A stretch of DNA of 64,000 bases from Lingula anatina (Eukaryota; Animalia; Brachiopoda). Positions 11,979 through 24,127 of this stretch are shown here, one piece after another; the first letter of the stretch is position 1, and the number at the start of each line of letters is the position of its first letter. The notes below the pieces were generated by a model. That model saw only the letters and a list, made by a program, of their open reading frames with translations, searched no databases and was not told the DNA's origin. The DNA lies in NCBI GenBank assembly GCA_051362555.1, contig CM120640.1:49454788-49518787 (forward strand), read 5' to 3'. A program made the position numbers and the translations under genes.

Positions 11979-14900
11979 ATGTCTCATGGTCGAGATGAAA
12001 GCGGGTACGTTACATGTTGCAGTAACAGATGTACAAGCAAATGTATTTTATTTGCACAACAGCCATGGACCCTAGGGGCCATATTTATTAGAATATTTAA
12101 TCCAAATTAGTAAAAAAACTGTCACTTTATCATGGAAATTGCCCCTGCTGTCGACATGGGTCTTCCTTTGTTGAATTAAAGCACGTTGGCATTTGTATTT
12201 CTTGATTTACGTTTTACAAGTTGCTAGTACTGTCCTCCTGTTAGTCTGCTTTCCTGGATTTTTTGCGGGCTATGATTACTATTTTTGTTATGTTATATTG
12301 AATACAAAAGAGTTGCTTTGCCTCTGATATACTACTAGGTCTGTATGCAGATATGTTGGTTTGTATTGTTTTATTATGTGTTTATAAGGGAAAAAACCCC
12401 TCCTGACATCTTACAAAATAATTTGCACAATAATGTTGTTTTTCATTATTGGATGATTATTTAAGTATGTTCACTGCTTCAAATGTTATCATTGAACTTA
12501 TTTGAAGTATGATTATTTTTACCTGTAGGTCTATGTGCATAAGTTACTTCATTTCAATTTTCTGTCTTTGGAATTAATGTCCACTTAACAAGTTAAGTAT
12601 GAAAATGCTTCAGCAGATAAGAATAAAATAGCAGCACATGATTATAGTATCAACTGAGAAGCTAGATAGTTACATTTCTGTTATGCTCGATTTTGATCTT
12701 GTCCTGACCAAGAGGTATTCGTTTATGTATTCTTTTACCCTAAATGCTTGTATGTGGATGATTTTCACACTTTGGCTATTTTCTTTTTGTTCTGCACATG
12801 ATTGCAGTTTTGCATCATCTAAATTTGCCCAGTCTAAGGTTATCTATCAGTTTTTAAAAGAGAAAACGAAGCAGTAAAATAATAAGAATGAAGTAAGTGA
12901 TATAAGTTACATGCTTTATAATTACTTTTACAGGTAGCGTAGATAAAGAGAATAACCTCAACTTTTTTTGTTAAACATAGTATTATTTAAATGTTTTATC
13001 TTACCTGTTTTTCTCATGAATCATTTTTGCATATCACTTCATGTACATCTGTTCGTCTTGCTGCCCTGGTAAATTATATTTGAGAAGATTTCCATTTTGC
13101 TTACTGTAAAGGCAGAAAGGTTTTTGTTTTCATTACAAAAGCTGTATAGTTGGATAATAATAGTGCTGATTCTGAAATTGGAAACTATAAAGGATTGTCA
13201 GTCAGTAATTAGGCTGATTTCTTCCCTTTTCCTTTGCCAGTATATAGCTCTGGCCCCAGGCTAACATCAGATGACATAAGTGCAGTACGACCTTCTGTTT
13301 GAAAGGTGCACATTTTGTGATACTGATCTGCCCTGAAGTGGTAGCTGATCCCATCTAGCTTGTCACACCTAAAGTGTGATGTATACCCTTCCAGGAAGGA
13401 GTAAAGTTGAAGTGAAACATTAAAATTTGAACTCCTGGCTCTGCTATTTAAATCAGAAAATATGTTCTGTGCTAATTTTTTAAAATCATGGCACTTGATT
13501 CTCACTGGATCAGTTTTTAAAATGATTTACCAGAAGTTAGACAAAATAGCTGTTATACATGGTCCTGGCAGTAAATAATCTATTTTGTAGTATGAGATGT
13601 ATTTAGCTCTAAATGTGCTGGCAAAAACATCATTGCCACAGTGTGCGGTAAGCAATTTTACCAACCCACATATTTCATTTTTAGTAATTTTTTCTTCCTG
13701 AATTTTGCAGCTGTTTCTTTCAGTAAATACCAATGCAACTTAAATGTGAAGATCAAAATCATGAGAATAGTTCTATTGTTTTTAGAGATACTCGTTTTAG
13801 TTTTGTAATGTTTGTGTCAGGGGAAGAATTTCAAAGTTTGTTAATGTTGTCTTCAGTGTGATTGTACGGCTATAAAAAGTGAATTCAAAACAAATGATTT
13901 AGTGTACCATTTCCGCAACACTTGAATAAAGTGTCTACTCTGACTTTTTTTTTGTTGGTTTTGAACCATTCATTTATATATTGGCATTATTATTGCTATG
14001 CTGATTGTTTGTGTTTGCAGGAAGCTGTTTGTGGGAGGCCTCAGTTGGGACACTACCCAGGGTAAGTTGTTAAATTTTGCATGTAAGCATGTTCTTTGTC
14101 CAACATGACAGTCTGAATGTTTGAGCAGTTTTTGAGTGTTAAACTTTTGAAATTGTGTATTTTCTTTAATTTTTACTCACATTTACACTGAATGCTAATT
14201 TGATTTGGAAAGAAGCATTGGGGAACAAAGTCAAAATTGACCACTTTCACAAACTCCTCCATGGTCACATTCACAACCAAGTTGATCTGCGTATGAACAG
14301 ATTCGTGGATCAAATATGGGACTGTATGTGTCATAGGCCTTCTACCTGAATGAGCGTTTGCATGTCCAAGTCGTAGATCACATAATTTCATGCCATTTCC
14401 AATCTGATAAAGTCCAGTGAAAGAGTTCTTTGAGGGGTATTTAGTGCTACATGCTATATGTTGCTATCACATCCCATCTTGAGTTTCTACTCGAAGAACA
14501 TTCATGGGTTTTGATTTTGTCATGGGATATACCTTTATCTCATGGGATATATGTTGTTTAGGTCAGGATGTCAGTGATGGAGGTTTAAAATAGATGGGTA
14601 AAGTGTTACAGTGATTGGAGCAGAGATCGTAGCATGTGACAGCTGGAGTACTACTACCTATTAATTTATTACTAGTAATAAAATTGTATGCTGATTCTCA
14701 CACCAAATAATTTGGTGTAATATTGGTATGTTAAACTTGATATATTTTTCTTGCAGAATCCCTACATGCCTACTTCAGTCGGTTCGGTGAAGTGGTAGAC
14801 TGTGTGGTGATGAAGAATCCAAATACAGGGAAATCGCGTGGCTTTGGCTTCGTCACATTCAGAGACCCAGCATGTGCAGAGGACGCTTTATCAAAGAGTT

Positions 14901-17900
14901 CCCATGACATTGATGGAAGAGAGGTAAAAGATCACTGTGCACTTCAATTATGTGTATAGCATTTGGACATTTATATAATTATCTTGCCTAAAATGAAACG
15001 AAGTGATAACCTGGTTTAAATAGGTAATGTAAGCCTATATATGTAAGGTGATTATACATTTATATATATATATTTGGTATTTTAGGTTGATGCCAAGCTT
15101 TGCAACCCCAGAGGAGCAGGAGGGGACAGAGGTGGTGGAGGGGGAGGAGGAGGAAGGGTAATTAAGAGTTGAAAGTGATATCTTTTTATAAAATAGAAGA
15201 AATACTGAAGGAAATATTCATAGAAAAAAAAAAGAGAAAGAAATGTTAAAAAAGTTTTCTCTTATTATCAGACGTCTCTCTTTCTTTGGAAATTGTCAAT
15301 TAATATGGTAACCATTGAAAGCTGAAGAATTTCTGTGTAAATATACTTAATGTTTGCTTTTCATCCAAAACAGCAGCATGGGGGTGGAGGTGGCGGAGGA
15401 AGAGGAGGGAACTTTGGGGACAAATCTAGGAAAGTGTTTGTTGGAGGGATCCCACCTAATGCAGATGAGAATAACTTGAGAGACTTTTTCAGCAGATGGG
15501 GAAAGGTAACTTGAATAAAATTTAAAAGTTTGTGTGCATAATGCTAATTACAAGGATAAAATTGTGCAGTGTTCTAGGATGTCATATGTTGTTCTCTACA
15601 TCTTTGTGGTATATTTGCCTTTGAAAAGGAAAAATGACTAAAAGGCTAATATTGTAAACAACCAAAATTTCAGGTAGTTGATGTGACAATCATGTATGAC
15701 CAGGCCAAAGATGGACGCCCCCCAAGGTCAAGAGGTAAGTGAACTGGACACTTGCATTATTTTATGCTTGTGTCAATACTATCAGTATTTGTAGTTACCT
15801 TAGCTGTGTGAGTAAATGGGATGAAGTTTTGGCCTCAGCAGTAAGGAGATGTGATAATTACAATATTGAATGGTGTAAAGTATGCAGAGTATGTTGAAAG
15901 GCAGTGCGCATTCAGGAATTAAGAATACATATTTGAGAGGAAATAAGATTGCATGTACTCTAAATAATTTCATTGGATATGAAGCTTGGGTATGATTGGC
16001 TTTATCAACTTGGTGGGCTTTATGTGTAGATTTCTATTTAAGAAATCATCTTTATGTTGTGCTATACAGAAGACTAAAAACAATTAAACAACAAGGATTT
16101 GATTTTCATTCAGACTTTTTTTTACCATGGATAGAAAGTGTATACATGGATGTTTCAACCTCCAGTGCATCATGTAAAGATACATGAGGTGACAAACAGT
16201 ATGAGCAGTATTAACATCATCATCCTAAGTTGTAAGATATAGTATTCCTTGACTGGTGTAGAAGAATAGTGGCATTATGAAACTGGACTAAGGAGGACCA
16301 GATATGAAATTTCAATTGTATGTAAAGCCACTTTTGGTATGGCAAATTGAGGAAATTGATAGTTATGCTTTGTCCTGGTATCTGGTGAGTCTGAGGTCAT
16401 CACTTCATCCAGTGTACACATTAGGGATTTTAAGGAGTAACAGCATGATTGTAAGACTTAAGACAAATATTCTGTAGTGTCCATGCACAGTTGTAGTGAT
16501 CTATCTTATTATAAACACCTAATATTAGTATACATATATGACATTGTTATCCCCACCTGTCATGTGTGGGGAATAAATTCAACATGTGCTTCTGAACACG
16601 GGTCAACGAAGAGATGGTTTAATTCCATACAATCCCCTACAAGCTCTATTTCTCTCTTCATGGTGTGATTTGTAGTTGTTTTTCTATGCATGAAGCTTAA
16701 CAAGTTGGTGATCACTTCTTTTCTAGCACAAGTTACTGCTCAGCTTGGTCTTTTGGGAATTAATGCTGAGAACAGTGGGTGATAGCAGTCTGCTTTGCAG
16801 ACATCATTGAATATGTTTAAATTATACATTACATATTATTACCATTTTCATAAAGAAATATTTAAGTTGATTATTTGTTAGCAGAATTTTGCATTAATAT
16901 ATTATTGTGTAAATATTCTTACATATTAGATAGCATTTTGCATTATTAAATTATTCATATCTATGTTGTTTTTATGTCATTACCATGTTGTCTTTTCTTT
17001 GCATCTAGGTACTTATATCACATGCCAATTTAATGACTTAGATTCAGCACACTGCCAGTTAAAATTTGATATTGAATCTAGTGCATTTATTAAATTACCC
17101 ATTAACATGTAGTTCAAAATATAGCAAGCTAGGAGCATAGTTATAAAAAGGGTCTTGTTTATCTTTTTTTTTTTTTTTTTTGCACTAGCTTCAAAAACTT
17201 ATCAGATAATGCTTTCTTTGCCAATTTAGAAATTATTTTAATGAACAAATCATGCCATCCAGCTTTTTATGTAAAGGGTTTGTATAATTCTGTTAAATGC
17301 AATCATTTTTAAGTTGTTTTGTACATAAGTTTGGCTTTAGAAGTATTTAAAAAATCGTCTTTAGGTTCATGACTAAAAATTTATGTTTAAGTTCACTTAG
17401 AAGTGAATTGATATGTGAAACATTGTTACAGTTATCTTTTCTTATAAACATGACATTCATATAATACAGTGTGTTATACATGTGATGCAGGAATTTGAAA
17501 TGAGATGATTTTTTATAACTGAAAACAAAGACCTGATATAATATGCTATTTGCATGTTTTATTATATAAGAATAGTCTATATATTTATGAGGAGTTTAGT
17601 TTAGACATTACTTCAAGAATTACTATGACTTTCCTTAGTGCTGCGTGGCACACAAATCGTCACTGTAGAACAGGTGCTTCATTTGTTAGCAAGTTTTAGT
17701 CATTAATTAATGGTTTAGCTACCTACGGGGTTTTGACAGTACTAAAACGGTTAAGGCATGTTTGAATCATGCAAGTTGCTGGATGTTAACCTTTTTGTTA
17801 GGGACAAAAATAACACAAAAAGCTATGAATTGGATGTTGTACTGGCAGTTGTGCTGAATTCACCTTGATTCTTCCCTCCTCAATAGGCTTTGGATTTTTG

Positions 17901-20900
17901 ACGTTTGACAATGAAGGCAGCGTAGAACAAGTCGCTTCCATGCGATATTTCCAAATGAATGGCAAACAGGTTTAGTTATTACTTTATTAGTTTTCTGAAA
18001 CAGAAATACCTTATTATCAGCATCTTACTTGTAATTTCACAAAGTATGCAGGATGCATACTTAATAATGCTGAAAATAAGTGTATTTGATGGCAAAATGT
18101 TGCAACCTCTGCCTATCCAATTTGGCATGAGTTTGTAACAATGCCTTTATCAAAAAACAAACAAAAAAATAAAAAAAACGTGTCTTGTTTGAATATCTAA
18201 AATTTTATCATTTCAAAGTACTGAACAGAAAGTTCGGGTCATTCGACATTATGTATAAGATTTTCACATTGGCAAGAGGCTCAACAACTTGTAAGCTGCG
18301 TATATTTTTGTTGGATTCGTGTTTTAAGAAAGACAAACCAGACATGTTAGTGAAGAGTTGGTTCATTTTGGTGATTTTGTTAGTTGCTCAAGTAAGTATG
18401 TTGACAAACACATGCTACATACAAGTTAAACTTGGAAGAAAGATAATTTCCAGTGCATTATCTAGATAATTGGTAACATTTCACTCACAAGAAACAAAAG
18501 TAGTTTGTAGTTTGTTTGTAGCATGTGTTGATGTTTTTTTTAGATTGACTTTGGCATTTGGTAGCACAAAAAATATATAAATGATAATGATTATGATTAT
18601 TAAGAAATGGCAAAATCCATGCCTTTAAAGGGCCAATCTGCTTACTGCTTGCCAAGTGCTGGAGCCAAAAAGTTAAAAAGAAACAGTTAACAAAGCTCAA
18701 TTAAAAGTTACCAAGTTTATTTATTAAATAGATGGTAAGCATTTAATATCAACATTAAGGTACTAGTTGTAGAATTATTATTTAATGTAACATATATCAT
18801 TAGTAACATATTATCAGTAACATTTTAAGTCAGGCCAATAAGATACTCTTTAAAGGTTTTATCAACAATTAGAACAATTAAAAAAAACAAACAAAGACAT
18901 AATTGTTTAAATGCTCAAATTCAAAGGCTGTAATTTCCAAACCTTGACAAAACCAATATATCTGGAAAAATGACTTAATGATACCTTTGAAATTGGGCTT
19001 GAAATGAGAGCTTGGTTTGGCTGACCTTCTCCTTTTCTTTATTAGGTGGAGTGTAAAAAAGCTGAGCCTCAGCACAAACAGGGAGGAGGCGGAGGTGGTG
19101 GCGGTGGTGGCGGACCGGGAGGAAGAGGAGGACCAAGATGGGATGGCCCACCAGGGCCACCTGGTGGCTTCATGGGTGGTCCACCAGGACCTCGCCCACC
19201 ATTCCCCCCTGGACCAGGATATCAGCAAGGCCCAGGGTTCCCTCCACAGGGGCCATATGGTGGCCCCGGACCATGGGGACATGGTCCTGGACCTGGACCA
19301 GGTGAGATGCACATATACATTTTACTTCCAAATTTTCCTAATTTTATATATTCATTTTTATTATATATTTGAAGTGTAGTATGTATACAGTGATGAAATT
19401 CTTTGTTACTTTTGTGTTATTTAGATGACAGATGGGGACCACCACGCCCACCAGGTCCAGGGGGCCCTGGAGGTCCCCCACCCCCAGGGGGTCCACCTGG
19501 AGGTCCCCCAGGGCCTCCTCCAGGCGCAGGAGGCCCTCCAGGACCAGCTCCAGGCCCCGGAGGACCAGGTCCACAACCTCCACAACCAGGCCCAGCACCT
19601 GCAGTACCACCACAGCAGCCATCATATGATTATTACTCTACCCCGTCAGCACCCCCAGCAGCAGGTGCCCCACCAGCAGCCCAGTCTTACTATGGAGCTC
19701 CACAGGGAGCTCCTGCTCCAGCAGCAGGTACATTCTTTACTACTACCGCCCCAACAGGCACACAGCAGCATAAAAAGCTCTGTGTTAGTTTGGGTGCCTT
19801 CTCTGCCTTCTGCTTGCTTATATTTGGGACTTCCTTCTTTGCTTAAGAGGGAGCTACGTTAATGAGTATCCACGTAGCAACAAATGGCTTAGATTAAGTG
19901 CCTAGTAATCATGATTTTATGAAAAAATGTGTATTTATTTTAAAAATGGTGTGATTATACATTTGATAATTGTTGTAAAGGAAAAGCTAGCTTGTTTGTT
20001 GCTTGTCCTTCCTCCAGGCTATGGTGCTCCTCCTGCAGCTGCTCCTGCCAACAATGGCTGGGTGGCCCAAACCCCGGCTACCCAGGGCTACAGTGCCTAC
20101 TCTCAGCCTGCTGCTGTCCAGCAACCTGCAGCTTACGGTCAGCCACCAGCACAGCAAGCCTATGGTAAGTAGGGGGTATACAAGTCACTATAAGTGATTG
20201 ATTAGGTTTTGAGTGTGTACTTAATTATCGTTTTGAATGCATCAAATGACTTGCATCACATTTCCATATTTTATGCCATTTGCCAAATGTATGGGCAACA
20301 GTGATTAATTGGTTCAAGTGTATCAACCCCATTCTGCATACTGAATAGCAATGCTGTAGGTGGCTTTGGTAATAGTTGTAGACTTATGACTTTTGTCACT
20401 TGCACAGGAGCTCCTGCCAGTGCCCCTACTGCCCAGGCCAGTTCCTATGCTGGATACAACTACAGTGCACAGCCAGCACAGCCAGCAGCAGGGGATCCAT
20501 ATGCTGCACCACAGGCAACTACACAGGGTAGGGGCCTTGACCAATGTTATTTTGTATAATAGTAAAATTGTTTTAAAAAAATTGGGGGGGGGGGGGGATG
20601 CTGTTATTGTGGTCATTATAAGTATTAATTTTCCTCAACCATTTCAAAATGACAGATAGAAAATCTGTGTAATAGTTTTAAAAGACAACTGTGTTGTTTA
20701 ACGTATACAAAGATTGAGAACCTGCTTGCAACTTTTTATTTTGATGTGACTTAGTGCTAACATTTCCCCCCAAATTTATTGTGATTGGACTTTTGTTTTC
20801 TGCATTTTAGCTTATGTTGCACAGCCCACAGCAACAGGCACTCCATCTACAGCTCCAGCAGCTGACTATACCTATGGTAAGTTTGTTTATTCTGGTATTC

Positions 20901-21785
20901 TGCTTTCTTCAAAAATTAATTAAGGTGACAACAGGTTGTATTAATGGCTGCCTGAGTGACTTAATATATTGATTGCAAATGAAACCATCTTGGTGAAAGA
21001 AGGACAAATGAGATGTTTGTTCAATGTTCTATGTGTAGGAGCCTATCCTCAAGAAGCCAGTGCCTATGGTCCCACCAGGACGTACAGTGGTTCAGACAGT
21101 CAGCCAGCAGCTACTCCATCATATGGCGCTACACCCAACACAGGATATGCTGCAGCACCAGCAGGTATTGCCTTATAATAAGTCAGCTACAGATTGAAGG
21201 CACGGGCCGTCAGACTTGGGGAAAAAAAGCTTTGTATATGTAATAGAATGAAGTAAACATATAAATATCAAAGAATTATGCATATGTGTGTTGTGTGCAA
21301 AAAATATGTATCACAACTAGTGTAGTAATAGAATTGCTGTTTTTTTTTTTTTTTTTATCAAACAGAGGCAAATGATAGAACAAGTAAAAAATTTTGTGGT
21401 GTATTACATTTCCTTACTCTTAGTTTCCACATTTTAGTAGTCTTAACCCAGCATAATAGTATCACATGTCATCTGCAACTGCAAGGCACCATGCATTGTG
21501 CTTTTTGGACATCACAGCGGTTCAATTACAGTGATTTTTTTTTTTTTTAATATATTCATTTTTATGAAATGCCAATTATTAAATGCCTTATTTAACCATT
21601 ACTCTCACCACTCATCATTTCCAGCAGGATACGATGCTAGCTATGGCACGGCTCCTCCAGCTAACCCTGCTTATGGTGGTCAAGGGGATGCCCCAGCTCC
21701 AGCAGGAGGATATATGGCTGCTCAGTCTGGGTTTGGTAGAGGATCAGCATCAACAACACGCGGGTATCACCCCTATGGTCGCTAA
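11979..21785 (+). CDS. DAZAP1: DAZAP1/Hrb27C-like hnRNP: two RRMs plus Pro/Gly/Ala/Tyr low-complexity domain and PY-NLS, about 585 aa
   Basis: Exons 11979-12004, 14021-14061, 14757-14923, 15086-15157, 15374/15377-15505, 15674-15734, 17887-17969, 19046-19301, 19425-19727, 20018-20164, 20408-20527, 20811-20876, 21039-21164 and 21625/21628-21785 keep frame. RRM1 has KLFVGGLSWDTT and SRGFGFVTF; RRM2 has KVFVGGIP, RGFGFLTF and VECKKAEP. C-terminus RGYHPYGR*. Two NAGNAG acceptors. Candidate AATAAA near 22239. Confidence 0.9.
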
Positions 21786-22816
21786 GTGGAACAAACCAGG
21801 AGGAATGACTTTATTTTTGTATGCTTTTATTTGTAAATATGTGTAGTATTAAAGTGGACATTGCTCATGTGTGTATTTTGAGGTTTGGAGACCAGTGATG
21901 GCAGCACTGAAGAAGATGCAATACTGTTGTAAAGCCATGTTGTTGAATGCCACCATTGGGTGAAATGTACATGTTTTTATTGGGATATTTTATCAGAGAT
22001 ATTGTGCAAAACATGAACATGAATTCCTCGCCAGCAAATTCTTTGCAGATTGCTGACAAATCCACAGTAGCTATAGATTTTCACTCTTTTTTTTAAGTAG
22101 AAAAAGACTTTTGTAAGATTGATTGCTATGAGAATTTGCAGAATTCTATCAGTGACCAAATTTCAAGCTCATCTCATTGTTCTTATTGTTTTAAAGGTAA
22201 CGGAACTGATATTGGAATTGTTTGACCTTTTAAGATTTAATAAACCCAACAAGTAGACAAACAAAAATATTTGCTCAATTGGTTTTATTCATATAACATA
22301 ATATCGTCTAGATAATCAAGTTTAAATACTGTAATCGTACTACTAATCTCACGAATGCCTTAGGCGAGATGCTGCTTGTTGACCCTTTGTATAATCTCAT
22401 GTCTTGAATAGCAAGCCTTTTGTGATCCTGTAAGGTCTAAGTCATCCTTATGAAAATTTTAATCAACGTGTATTTATCAGTCCCCTTATGACGCAGGTAA
22501 TTCCTTGTACAAACAACACTGTAGAACATCTTCGGCATCTCGGGCGAGGTAAGATGTGTCTTTGGACTAAACGCACTGCTAAGTTCATCTGATATTTATT
22601 GGAAAATGTCAACCTATTTGTTCAATTTGATGTAATTCTGACCTTTGACCCCGTGCTATTTTCATGATGTATTGAAAACAAACTGTTAGTCAATCTGTGT
22701 TGATTTCGGAATATAAAAAAATAGGTATGTTAGAAAAATCTTCAGCAAAAACATTTGAACTATTTAAGAATTGAAAGGATTGAGCAAACTACTCCAACGT
22801 AAATATCTAAACATTT

Positions 22817-23818
22817 TCAGTTGGTTCCGCCTGGACTGGGAAACCTAAGATAACGACAGTTTTTCAGTTCCGCTACATCAAACACTGGTTGGTCAATCAC
22901 ATCCTCTGGTGTCTGTCCCCCGTCGGGACTTTTTTGGAGAACGCTGTCTCTGAAGTAACGTTCTTGGTATGACTTGATAAGGTTCACGTGGGCTTCAGAG
23001 GCGTTTTGTAAATTAAATCTGGGACCGCGGACCGGTATGGATTGCTTTCTGTGCGTATCTGTGTCTGGACTCGTGGACGTAGCTCTGTAGATTTCTGCAG
23101 TAATTATATGGGATGGCGATCTGTTTTCACGAGGCGATTCCTTGTTTATTTTGCCGTTTCTTATTTCGCACGTTGGTAGGGTACGGTTGCAAACTTCATC
23201 CGTTAAAACTACTGGTGATGTGGGAGAATTTGGCGATTTTTGCTGTCCAGTATCCTCGGCGTCTGTCTCGACGATGACAGGTAGTTCTAACTTTGCGCTT
23301 CGAACGCGGTCTGCCACGTTCAACGGAGGGAGACGGTCTCTGCCTGTACTGTATCCGGGCACTGAATGGCTTTTTACGCGAAAAAATAACTTTGGCAGAA
23401 CTGTGTGTCGTTTATCAGGACAAATTTCCACGTTCTTCTCAACAGATATTTCTTCCTCCCGGTTTTCGCTGAGTTTTGTAGTCGTGCGTGTCGTTTTCAA
23501 CACTGAATTGTATGAGGCTCGTGTTTTAGTGTATATTGAAGTACTTGGCGCCCGCGTAATATCAAGTAATGAATTCGAATGTTTCTTTTCAATCTCCTTC
23601 AATCTCTGTGAGTAAGTGAGTATTGACTGCTCCAGAGCCTTCTGAGTCGAATTGATCTTTTGTATATTCTGGTTTAAATCGTGCTTATAAAGTTCAATCT
23701 GTCTTCGGTACTCAGCGTTTGTGTTAGCATACTTATGTGATGCCAGTTTTCCTATTTCACTTTGCAGTCCCGCTGCGGCTGGATAGGTGTTTGCGAGGAG
23801 TTTTTTCCTCGGCCACAT
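22817..23818 (-). CDS. Uncharacterised 333-aa coiled-coil/disordered protein, CCDC190-like (paralog A)
   Basis: Intact 1002-nt ATG-started ORF in AT-rich DNA. N-terminal heptad-rich helix ends in SILTYSQRLKEI; C-terminal ELKNCRYLR motif. Shares motifs with the ORFs at 28559-30137 and 31613-32902. Confidence 0.85.
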   Translation of the reverse strand: MWPRKKLLANTYPAAAGLQSEIGKLASHKYANTNAEYRRQIELYKHDLNQNIQKINSTQKALEQSILTYSQRLKEIEKKHSNSLLDITRAPSTSIYTKTRASYNSVLKTTRTTTKLSENREEEISVEKNVEICPDKRHTVLPKLFFRVKSHSVPGYSTGRDRLPPLNVADRVRSAKLELPVIVETDAEDTGQQKSPNSPTSPVVLTDEVCNRTLPTCEIRNGKINKESPRENRSPSHIITAEIYRATSTSPDTDTHRKQSIPVRGPRFNLQNASEAHVNLIKSYQERYFRDSVLQKSPDGGQTPEDVIDQPVFDVAELKNCRYLRFPSPGGTN

Positions 23819-24093
23819 GTTCTCCCTTTGTTGTTAACGCGATGACCGATTTATATGTGCGTTCATCGGCAACAAATTTCCTTTATCGGGGTTTAATTGT
23901 TGTTCCCGGAGTCATTCTTCTGCATTAAATTTGGAAGATCTCTCGCTGTTATCAATATCATACCGCCCACTTAAGTTAGTTAGTGTGGAGGTGATAGGGC
24001 ACGTGATACGAATTGCTGAGAAGTTAGGCTCATAACGATCAAATATATACTTATACTACAATGTTTGTTTTTTCGTTATGATTGTTTTTGCCG

Positions 24094-24127
24094 GTTGCTT
24101 AGACACAAATTCTTGTTGCCTGATAAA
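24094..24127. promoter_or_regulatory. Two RFX X-box-like sites upstream of paralog A
   Basis: GTTGCTTAGACAC (24094-24106) and GTTGCCTGATAAA (24115-24127), about 280-310 bp upstream of ATG 23818. Imperfect matches to GTTNCCATGGNAAC. Confidence 0.3.

Noticed and set aside
16988-17015. Pyrimidine tract plus AG|GT (possible recursive splice site), similar at ~12933
   Set aside because: The donor parts are weak and the introns are only ~2 kb; indistinguishable from chance.
12005-19045. Intronic C/D or H/ACA snoRNAs in the DAZAP1-like introns
   Set aside because: No convincing C box plus D box with terminal stem found by eye; an Infernal/Rfam scan would be needed.
18878-19862. Several overlapping ORFs on both strands over the Gly/Pro-rich exons
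   Set aside because: Shadow frames of GC-rich low-complexity DAZAP1-like exons; no independent coding signal.
22639-22652. Nuclear-receptor DR1-like TGACCTTTGACCCC (also GGCAAAGGTCA near 25700)
   Set aside because: Short motif in 3' flanking DNA with no supporting context; function cannot be supported.
23142-23615. 157-aa plus-strand ORF, and similar antisense ORFs over 8512-8754, 28806-29399 and 31959-32663
   Set aside because: Antisense shadows of real coding exons.
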